Part shown: piece by piece, positions 55,198-63,614 of the stretch
Layout: each line of letters begins with the position of its first letter
Position numbering within the stretch: position 1 is the first letter of the stretch
Assembly (NCBI GenBank): GCA_004431415.1
Contig: QPMI01000436.1
Span: forward strand, 310,001 to 374,000
Direction of reading: 5' to 3'
DNA: 64,000 bases
Origin: Cyanophora paradoxa CCMP329
Lineage: Eukaryota > Plantae > Glaucophyta
The notes under the pieces: generated by a model
The model's database searches: none
Seen by the model: the letters and a program-made list of their open reading frames with translations, nothing else
Told to the model about the DNA's origin: nothing
Translations under genes and position numbers: made by a program

Positions 55198-56201
55198 TTA
55201 GAAGTTACTTACTTTTAGAGTTGACATTTGATACGAGTTAATTACGAGAACATTGTGTCGAAGAACGTGGAAGTCGACAACTGCTGGCGCTGCGTTTGTG
55301 CAGCCGGTTACAGTTAGCGAGCAGTAGCTGCTGCTGGAATTAAAGAAGTCTGTGTAGCCGAGGACAGCGTTATGCAGTGAGTCTTTGCCAGATTTCGAAA
55401 GCACAATCCCATAGACATTTCCGTCCTCGAAGCCAAGGGCTGAATTACCAGTGGTTGCACCGCGGTATTGAGTTGGAATGTGATAGCACGATGATACAAA
55501 CCCAGAGATTGGCTTATTGCTGATGTCGAGAGTTCGGTTGTTGTGCATGATCTCAAACGAATCGATTTTCAGCGCATTTCCGTTGCCAGCAAATGAATTG
55601 TGATTGCGAGTGCCCAGGTGATTCGCATTACGCACTGTCATCAGGATCGCGTGCACAAGGCCGCTGACGTTGGCAAGGGAGATTTCGACTGCATTCCCCG
55701 CGTCGTCAGTCTTTAACTGCCTCGAGCGCTTTGAAATAATCTCGGTGAAAGGAATTCGAATACCACCGCTCTCGTTTGCAGATTTAAGCATAGACTCAGC
55801 CTCTTCGCTAGGGATATTCACGAACTGGCAAACCAGGGCACAATCCGTTAGAGTTGCAACAGCACTAGCGACAGTTCCAACCACGCCAGCCGAACGGAAG
55901 TCAATTTCGACGGTTGGCATGTCAGCCAGTGCGAGCAGCGGGAAGTACGAATTGTCCCAGAGCTGGGAGGGGATCTTTAGTACGTACTCGCGACTCGCAT
56001 CGAGAATCTCAAGAGCCGCGTCCTTTCCAAAGCCGTAGCTGCTAGCAAAAGCCTGGGCGGATGCAACGCTATTATCGATGAGCGCGTTCACAGTAAGCCA
56101 GTCTCCGGGGATCACCATCTTGAAGGATCCATGGACAAAGCGCACGTTTTCAATAAATGCACCTGCGCCATTCGGCAGCACTGAGGCAGCCGCTCCGCCA
56201 G
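55198..56201 (-). pseudogene. Double jelly-roll major capsid protein, 5'-truncated by the insertion at 56201/56202
   Basis: FIENVRF..G...IPGDWL, YFPLLAL...VEIDF, LVCQFVNIPSEE, KIDSFEIMHNN, VYGIVLS...LGYTDF follow the NCLDV/PLV capsid pattern. The stop abuts the ATPase ATG. The apparent GTG start lies inside element B's terminal repeat. Confidence 0.78.
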
Positions 56202-56484
56202 ACACATAGTAAAATGCGGAGTTTTAACCCTCGGCTTATCTTAATTGATTTTGTTGATATATCTCGTATATTCTATTTCAATCAATCGATAATCTGTGTA
56301 TATCTTATCGAATATTCAATTATTTCGATTATTTTGTATTCTTTTCGATATTTTATCGTAAATTTCTCTTATTTTCCGATTAGTCTTACTGAGTCTATCG
56401 ATAATCTCTATATATTTCCGAATAATATAACTGAATCTCAATTAGATCTTGCCTCTGGTTAAAACTCCGCATTTTACTATGTGT
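56202..56484. repeat. Perfect 28-bp inverted repeat enclosing an AT-rich spacer at the end of element B
   Basis: ACACATAGTAAAATGCGGAGTTTTAACC (56202-56229) and its reverse complement (56457-56484). Confidence 0.95.
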
Positions 56485-56737
56485 GATTGGTCTAAAAGTT
56501 AATTGATTTAATCTATATTATATTCATGTACTTTCTCGATTAAATTTAATTAAATTTAATTCATTTAATCGGAAACATATCGCTTAACTCGATTAATATC
56601 TATATGAGATTCATTTGTTTAATTAAACAAATAGATCTCTTATTGAATCCAATCGTAATTATACATGAAATTGATATGTTTTTATCATGTTTTATTGAGT
56701 CTAAGGGGGGTCCCTTAAGAATTTAATGAATAATTGG

Positions 56738-57012
56738 GTGTCACAGGTGTCACAGGTCCATCCCAAACTTTTGGAAATTCACTCTTTATAGGAGAAACTT
56801 TGGGATAGACCTGTGACACCTGTGACACATACCATATTCAGTAAGGATCTTTTTATAATGAAAAACTCAGTAATAATCTTATCTATGTATTTCTAATTGA
56901 ATAAACAAATTAAATAATCGAGTGTCACAGGTGTCACAGGTCCATCCCAAACTTTTGAAAATTTACTCTTTATAGGAGAAACTTTGGGATAGACCTGTGA
57001 CACCTGTGACAC
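56738..57012. repeat. Two 91-bp palindromic units, period 184 bp (origin-like)
   Basis: GTGTCACAG-GTGTCACAG-GTC-C-ATCCCAAA...TTTGGGAT-A-GAC-CTGTGACAC-CTGTGACAC at 56738-56828 and 56922-57012. Confidence 0.92.
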
Positions 57013-57447
57013 ATACCATATTCAGTAAGGACCTCTTATATTGTGAAAATCTCAGTGTTAGTTGGTGTAGTTGATTCAAAAAATGCATTTTATACTCTGA
57101 TTCATTGTTATTTCCTGTGAAATTTGAGTCAACTCAACCCACTTAGTCAACCCTTGCATTGAATTCGTAACAAAATCCATATACTATTACTACTTTTACG
57201 ATTAATATGAGTCAACCTTGAGTCCACTTTAATATAAATATTATATAATAGGGGGAATCTTGGGGAGATGCTTATAAACATATGAATTATTGAGCCTATG
57301 ATACTTACATCGTCAGGCAGGCCTCGTTAAGAGGATTCCGAATCTGTTTTTGGTTTTGTCACATGATGAGTTGGTGAAGAGATACATGCATTTTAGTGTT
57401 TTGTATGTGGTTTAATGATATGATGTCATAATGCATGGGTTTTCGTC

Positions 57448-57546
57448 AACAGTTAAATGAACAGTTAAGTGGACACCGTTTCACGATAAACGAGTAGACA
57501 CTGCCTACTCCCAACAGGTGTCCACTTAACTGTTCACTTAATTGTT
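57448..57546. repeat. Long hairpin with AACAGTTAA iterons
   Basis: Perfect 20-bp inverted repeat TGAACAGTTAAGTGGACACC (57458-57477 and 57517-57536), with imperfect extension and an inner GAGTAG/CTACTC stem. Confidence 0.88.
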
Positions 57547-58025
57547 CGCAATTTGCTTCATTGTCTTTCAATAGCTTTCCCGCATATCTTGTTTTCAATT
57601 GTTGTTGCAGTACACTATTACAATAGTTGTCTCGTTAACTGTTCACTTATCTGTTCGCTGCGGAAAAAAGACGATGACGGACGTGTAATTTTACGAAATG
57701 ATGTCATAATGACGATGCAAATGTATATGATATATATGACACACCATCGAACTCGGGAGATCATGACGATCACGGCGATATATATATGTTATATGTTTAT
57801 GATACATCATTATTACATCATTATGATGCATCATTCCGAAATCTCGAAAAATCGATAATCGGCATCTTCAAACGCTTGTATCTCATCACCAGATTATCAA
57901 ATCGCAACGTTCTGCATATCGCTGTGAAGCGCTTGAAAAGATCTACAAGACAATGTGTATATCATATGCATATATGTATATCAGTCATACATATATTTGG
58001 AAAAAACGAGTTTTCGGCTAGCAAA

Positions 58026-59411
58026 CTAGCTAGTTTTGGTCCTCTCTCTTAGTGTTCTTTGAGGTTTAGGGGCTGTATATGACTCCTTAGTAGTCTGAAA
58101 GTCACTATACCATCTCTGGCTATTCACTTCTGAAAGTTTCTGTGTGCCTGCTATGGTGAGCTTTTTGAGTTCCCTATTAACTTTCCCAGCCTTCTCCTTC
58201 CTAGCCTCTATCAAAGGCTTATCTGGGACTTCATTAGCAGCTTCTATGCCTTCTCTCCTTATAGCAGCATCAGCCCTGGCTTCCTCTTTAGCTTGCTCCA
58301 AGGCATCCACTGTAGGGGTTTCCAGATACTCAACTGCATTCACAGGCAACAGCTCATGGAATGCAAACCTGTTATCTATGATCTCACCAGTGGGACTCCT
58401 TAGCTTAAACTTAAAGCCTTCTCTACTATCAACTGTGTAAACCATTCTAGACCAATTGTTACCCTGTTTAGCAAAGGGGTTCTTCTCAACTTTCACTCTC
58501 ACAAACATGCCAGGCTGCATGGTATCAAGGTAAGCTATTGATTTCTTGAATCTTTCATCTTCTAATCCCACTATATACCTATAATGATCCTCTGTAGTTT
58601 CGCCTGGCTTCATCTTAGTAGCTGAGTGGACTGTATTATTGTAATTATACTCAATATCACCTAACACATCAAAGAATCTAGCTGTGTTATTAGCTATGCA
58701 GTAGTTTGTAATCAGTCTCTTAATCTGCTTGTTAAAGGCTTCAATTCGACCTTGGCTTCTGTGGTCAGCAGTTCCACTCACTTGGTGTTCTATGTATTTA
58801 CTAGATAAATACTCCTGGAATATTCGATTTTGGAATTCACTCCCAGCATCTGATTGAACTTTTACTATGGGTCTTGCCACTCTCATTTCAAGCTGCTTAA
58901 ATGCAGCTAATGTAGTGAGAGCTGATTTATCTCTTATAGGTATAATATACCCAGTTCTCAGTGTGGATTCCATTGCAGTCATAAAGGTATCATAGCCATT
59001 GTTTTGTTTCTTATAAGCTGGGAAAAAGAGCAAATCAATCACATAGGTATCAAGGGGTTGCCTAATTGGGACCATGGGATCTCTCTTTCTAGATATAGCA
59101 GGTGCATTGATTTGAACTACTTCCTGTTTCTTATAGAACTCTTGCAACTGCTTATAAGATTCATCTGGTAACTCAGCCCTCATAGCTTGAAGCCCTTTGT
59201 AACCAGTCCTCACATCATAGAATCTCTTGGCAATCTTGCTAGTTTCTTTCACTGCAATAGCAACTGGGATCTCTACTGGGACAAGCTCTTTCATCTCTGA
59301 TTTTTTAACAATTCGAGATTCCCCCTTTTCCTCCTTTGGAACTGTGATGGGCAATAGGTTACCTTGCAGTTGCTCAGTGGTTCTTCTAACTATTCTTCCA
59401 GTTGCTGGCAT
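58026..59411 (-). CDS. Polinton-type rve integrase, element B
   Basis: FYDVRTGYKG N-terminal module, YVIDLL, VQSDAGSEF, SQGRIEAFN (intact DDE), YNNTVHSATKMKP, NWSRMVYTV. Confidence 0.93.
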   Translation of the reverse strand: MPATGRIVRRTTEQLQGNLLPITVPKEEKGESRIVKKSEMKELVPVEIPVAIAVKETSKIAKRFYDVRTGYKGLQAMRAELPDESYKQLQEFYKKQEVVQINAPAISRKRDPMVPIRQPLDTYVIDLLFFPAYKKQNNGYDTFMTAMESTLRTGYIIPIRDKSALTTLAAFKQLEMRVARPIVKVQSDAGSEFQNRIFQEYLSSKYIEHQVSGTADHRSQGRIEAFNKQIKRLITNYCIANNTARFFDVLGDIEYNYNNTVHSATKMKPGETTEDHYRYIVGLEDERFKKSIAYLDTMQPGMFVRVKVEKNPFAKQGNNWSRMVYTVDSREGFKFKLRSPTGEIIDNRFAFHELLPVNAVEYLETPTVDALEQAKEEARADAAIRREGIEAANEVPDKPLIEARKEKAGKVNRELKKLTIAGTQKLSEVNSQRWYSDFQTTKESYTAPKPQRTLRERTKTS

Positions 59412-59414
59412 CTC

Positions 59415-62400
59415 TTAATTAAAAGGAACAGAATTAATACCATCTGGTAAGATGTATCTCTTTGCATCAAAGCAGTTCAGGGCAACCCTTCTACTCACAG
59501 TATCTATTATTGTGTGATCTGCCCTTCTCTTCTGCTTTGCAGTCACAGTCTTGCTGATACCTGCAAATAAACACTGCTTAAAATCATTAAATTGGAGTTC
59601 CTCAGTGGAAGACCCAGAGAGCTTACTTCTCTCAATCTCAGCAGTTCTGAAACTGTAAACTTTGGCTCTTAGACCCACATACTCCAATATAGCAGAACCT
59701 GGCATCTCATTTTTGTATTTACCTGGGGTCATTCTGTTAGATCCCCCTAGGTCCAAGGCATAAGATATATTCTCTATATCTTTTTGTAAGGTCTTAGATT
59801 CAATATATAGACAGAAGGAGTCAGTATCATGGAATAGTAACTTTGCTTTTGTCCATTGGGACCTTACAGTATCATAGAAGAACTTGTAGTTATGCAGTTT
59901 GGCTGCATCCAGAACATAAGCCCCAATAGCAACAGGTTTATCTAGCTTCACATGCTTTGTGTAAAACTCAAAGGCAACTGCTTTTTCGTTTATGGGACTT
60001 GTTGATTTCACCAATGGGGAAGCTGCATATTTCATAAACAGTTTCTCACTGTTTGCAATCTTAACCACAGATCTACCTCTGCAAGATTCAATGCATTTCC
60101 CATAGATTGAGTTATTCATGAGTTTATAGAAATCAGCCTCGAATTTATTCACTGCTTTCCTTCTCATCTCAGTATTCAGCTCAATGTAGGGTTTCATTAC
60201 AGGAGCCACAGTAAATGATAGGACCCTGTGAACCTTCTTTAGTTTCACCCCTTTGTCCAACAGATACTGTAGAAGAGGCTCAGAAATCACATAGTTGGTC
60301 ACAGAACCAAAGGTTGCAGTTAGCTTAGGGGTCTTATCAAGCTCTTCTCCTGAGAGATCTAATAGGCTCTTTTGATATTGTGATAATTCTGCATATTCTA
60401 CTATTTTCTTGTTAATAATTAGGGGGAAATCACTGTGGTCTAGATATAGCCTAATTGGGTAATCCAGATCAACTTCCAGGAAACTGGATCTGTTATCTTG
60501 TGGGTTGAATTCGGTCTCCCATCTAAAATCACCAACTGGGATTGGCTGACTCAAACAGTAGCCATACAAGTTGTTAGCATCAAACAGCATTATATGGGAG
60601 TTCTCACCATCAGCCTCAGCATACCTACAAGGCATTGTTGCAAAGCCACCCCTGATTCCCCTCTCAACAAATTCGTATTGCTCTACATCACTTATAAGCT
60701 CTATTTTTGCCTTGGTGGTCCTAAGCATAGCATCCCAAGATAACCCAGGTGCAGATACATAATGAACTGGGTCCAATCCATATACTGAGTGTGAAAGCCT
60801 TCTGAAAGCCTGGAATTTGCTCATTAACTCATCTACATCAGCAGCCCCAAAGTCCATAAAATTACTTGCATCAATGAACTTGTAAAGACCCCATTGCAAT
60901 GAAAGGTATTGATCAAAGTTTTTCGAAAGGATTTCGATTCGCTTTTTATCACCCATGCCTGCTATTTTTCTGAAAATGAATGTCCCACAGTCATCCATTT
61001 GGTCAACAACCACTGCTACTTTTGTTTGCTTTGAGATTCTCCTATGGAGATTGCAGTTTCTGCATGCAGGTGCAATGTAATTACCTGTGTGGTGATCATG
61101 ATCCCTGCATTTGAAGTTTTCCTTGGTGAACCTCTCACTGCAAAGGTAACAGTGTTTGGTAGCTCTGTAAATAGCCTTTTGCTCATCTGTGAGTTCATTC
61201 ATGGGAATATTGGTAAACAGGAAATCGATTAGTTCTCTTGCTTTGGACTCCAAGCATTCAAACAGACCTCCCATTGGATCCTGCCCCTCAAATCGAAAAT
61301 CTTGAACATCTGCCCCAGTGACTATTCTTATGTTGACTGCTGAGACTTCTCTCTTGGATTTTGATGCATCAATGGGGATGCTTCTATGTTCAATCTTGCA
61401 GTATACCACAACAGGAAGCCACACAGTTTTCCTGAGGTTTTTCAGTCCAAACTCTATGGTGGTCTCAGGCTTAGGAGTGATTCCCTTTGAGAGTCTCCAA
61501 TCAATGCATCTGTTTGAGTCCACATGAGCAGTGAGTTTAGCCTCAGACCTGAATCGAGATAAGCATGTGTCACAGTAGTGTAACTTTTGATCCTTGGTTT
61601 TATCAAGGGCAACTCTGAGAAGTCTTGAAAGGGACATGATTGTAATATAGTGACCATTCCCTTCATCATCATGAATGAGCATGAGATTAATCTTTTGCTT
61701 TCTGCCTGGGTTGCTGGATTGATGTAGGGGATATATAACATCTCGATCCATTCCAAATATGTTTATGCTGATGCCTGCATTTTGAGATTCGAATTTATCA
61801 ATGATTTCAGCATCACAGGGAACAGGGAATGGGATGTTATCGAAATTGAGAGCCAGAGGATTGTATGTAGTTGGTGAGTATTTCCATTTGCGATATTGTG
61901 TTAGCTCACTTCTCTTGTGGGAATTCACATCTTTCCTATGGATCCATGCCAAAACTGCATTTTCGAAGCAAGAATCATCAATATTTCGAATATTCACTGT
62001 GGCTCTCTTGGCTGCAATTGAATCAGGTGTTTTAACATAGCAACCACCAGTTGGGGCATAACTCATAATAGCAACTCTGAGCATTTCGATTCTCTCCAAT
62101 CGATAGCTATCAACAACATTCATCTGCTCCTGACACATTTGGGCTGCTTTATTCAGCTCAGTTCGAATATTTCTCGATTTGGTTAATACAAAATAATCGC
62201 TGTAAATGTATTTCGATATCCAAACCTGTGGATTGCTGACTTTTACGAACTTGCAGATAAACGATAAGCGAACTTTGATTGCCCTGAATTGATCTAGACT
62301 GTCTCTTAAACGTTTTGGTAGAGAGGTTGCAATTCTATCTAAATATTCAATCACATCAACAACAACTTCCCTTCTGGCTCTGTAAGTGAGCCAGCGATAT

Positions 62401-62660
62401 AATTCATTCATTGCTGTACCATCTTCTGCCTCTGGTTCTATTTGCCTCAGGCGATCCAATTCATCAAGAGTTTCAACTTTGTCATAGAGGTTATTTGCTT
62501 TTCTGGTTAATTTTGCTAAAGTGGGTCTGCCCCTTGAAATAAATCCGATTTCCCGGTCATATTCAGCCTCTGTGATTTCATGGGCTGCATACAGTGTTCC
62601 TAGTAATCCCATGAGTTCCCATTTCTTCTCTCTTATGAGTCTGTTGCTGATTCGGGGCAT
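59415..62660 (-). CDS. Protein-primed-type DNA polymerase B (element B) with a degenerate exonuclease domain
   Basis: DSCFENAVLA...GHYITI, CYLC...RDHDH...CRNCN, LDPVHYVSAPGLSWDAML, IRGG, FDANNLYG, YKLMNNSIYGK, HDTDS, VGLRAKVYS. Intact 1081-aa ORF. Confidence 0.95.
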   Translation of the reverse strand: MPRISNRLIREKKWELMGLLGTLYAAHEITEAEYDREIGFISRGRPTLAKLTRKANNLYDKVETLDELDRLRQIEPEAEDGTAMNELYRWLTYRARREVVVDVIEYLDRIATSLPKRLRDSLDQFRAIKVRLSFICKFVKVSNPQVWISKYIYSDYFVLTKSRNIRTELNKAAQMCQEQMNVVDSYRLERIEMLRVAIMSYAPTGGCYVKTPDSIAAKRATVNIRNIDDSCFENAVLAWIHRKDVNSHKRSELTQYRKWKYSPTTYNPLALNFDNIPFPVPCDAEIIDKFESQNAGISINIFGMDRDVIYPLHQSSNPGRKQKINLMLIHDDEGNGHYITIMSLSRLLRVALDKTKDQKLHYCDTCLSRFRSEAKLTAHVDSNRCIDWRLSKGITPKPETTIEFGLKNLRKTVWLPVVVYCKIEHRSIPIDASKSKREVSAVNIRIVTGADVQDFRFEGQDPMGGLFECLESKARELIDFLFTNIPMNELTDEQKAIYRATKHCYLCSERFTKENFKCRDHDHHTGNYIAPACRNCNLHRRISKQTKVAVVVDQMDDCGTFIFRKIAGMGDKKRIEILSKNFDQYLSLQWGLYKFIDASNFMDFGAADVDELMSKFQAFRRLSHSVYGLDPVHYVSAPGLSWDAMLRTTKAKIELISDVEQYEFVERGIRGGFATMPCRYAEADGENSHIMLFDANNLYGYCLSQPIPVGDFRWETEFNPQDNRSSFLEVDLDYPIRLYLDHSDFPLIINKKIVEYAELSQYQKSLLDLSGEELDKTPKLTATFGSVTNYVISEPLLQYLLDKGVKLKKVHRVLSFTVAPVMKPYIELNTEMRRKAVNKFEADFYKLMNNSIYGKCIESCRGRSVVKIANSEKLFMKYAASPLVKSTSPINEKAVAFEFYTKHVKLDKPVAIGAYVLDAAKLHNYKFFYDTVRSQWTKAKLLFHDTDSFCLYIESKTLQKDIENISYALDLGGSNRMTPGKYKNEMPGSAILEYVGLRAKVYSFRTAEIERSKLSGSSTEELQFNDFKQCLFAGISKTVTAKQKRRADHTIIDTVSRRVALNCFDAKRYILPDGINSVPFN

Positions 62661-62772
62661 AGTTCCTAACTTGTTCCTACTAAAAGGGGAGGTTTTAAAT
62701 GGGGATATTCCGAACGCGAAAATACTTAAAGGAATTTTTATATTGTATATATATAGAAGCCAAATAGCAAGA

Positions 62773-63090
62773 ATGAATCCGGACGGTCAAAGAACGCTTA
62801 GTATTTCAGCCATCATGAGAAGTATTAAAGAAAGAAATGAAACCTGTGAAAACTCAGAATATAAACGAATTCTATGCAGTTTATGTAAATGTGATGAGAC
62901 TAGCTATGATCAGTTTGTATGTGATCAATGCTTCAAGACAGTCTGTATTGGATGCATGAAACAGCAAGAGGAAATAGTCGGGAATACAAAATGCCCATTC
63001 TGTAGAAACACATTACAGTATCCAGAGTTCACCTTATTCAACATTCTGGACTACAATGCATGTGATGTTGAAACAATTACATTTGGCTGA
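62773..63090 (+). CDS. RING-type zinc finger protein (105 aa)
   Basis: CSLC...CDQC...CIGC...KCPFCR. ATG at 62773 follows a CTTAAAG and TATATATA motif. Confidence 0.8.
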   Translation: MNPDGQRTLSISAIMRSIKERNETCENSEYKRILCSLCKCDETSYDQFVCDQCFKTVCIGCMKQQEEIVGNTKCPFCRNTLQYPEFTLFNILDYNACDVETITFG

Positions 63091-63146
63091 GCAACAAAAA
63101 ATGATTTAAAGAATTCTCTATATATATTAAGAGAGACAGAGGAAAA

Positions 63147-63401
63147 ATGCCACTCAGTGAAGCCCAGAAGAGAGCTATGAAGAGGTACCAGCAAACTGAA
63201 AAAGGTAAGGCTCAAATCAAAAAGTTTAACGAAAAAATAGCCACACAGCTAAGAGATCTATATCAAACCGATGATACCTATAGAGCCATGAAAATAGCAA
63301 GTTCATGTCAGCGAAAGTATGCAGCCAATGCAGTCTGCTTTGTCAAGTATTTGTATGATGTCCCTTACTCAAACAGAGGGAGAAAATCGAAACATGTCTA
63401 A
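63147..63401 (+). CDS. Small basic hypothetical protein
   Basis: MPLSEAQKRAMKRYQQTEKGK; preceded by the shared TTTAAAGA/TATATAT motif. Confidence 0.7.
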   Translation: MPLSEAQKRAMKRYQQTEKGKAQIKKFNEKIATQLRDLYQTDDTYRAMKIASSCQRKYAANAVCFVKYLYDVPYSNRGRKSKHV

Positions 63402-63614
63402 ATTATTTTTCCCAGCATATTACTAGGCTGGGGATATGCTGTTTACTCGCTGAAATACTACTTTATCGTTTTTGTATCTGAACCACTCGATATATCATGT
63501 GGATAAATTTCGTAGGGATACTTTCTCGATTTCCAACAAAAAATGATTGGGGGACCCAAAACTACTTAAAGAAAAATCTTCTATATATATAAAAGGGACC
63601 CCCAATCGCTGAAA

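Larger units (their letters stand above)
47740..56201. mobile_element. Endogenous Polinton-like virus, element A (left end not determined; lies between about 47520 and 48450)
   Basis: Intronless, densely packed pPolB, rve integrase, A32 ATPase and capsid genes. GC drops sharply relative to host genes. Confidence 0.88.
62691..63614. promoter_or_regulatory. Recurrent putative viral promoter motif YTTAAA(G/A), often followed by TATATATA
   Basis: Found 39-50 nt upstream of the ATGs at 62660(-), 62773, 63147 and 63615, and also 53663(-) and 53776 in element A. Confidence 0.65.

Noticed and set aside
56738-57012. CRISPR-like repeat-spacer structure in element B
   Set aside because: Only two units, 91 bp long, and similarity extends into the spacer; better explained as a tandem duplication of a palindrome.
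56157-58052. Short ORFs in the AT-rich end of element B (101, 101 and 88 aa)
   Set aside because: Ile/Tyr-rich translations of non-coding AT-rich DNA, lacking the promoter motif seen before the real genes.
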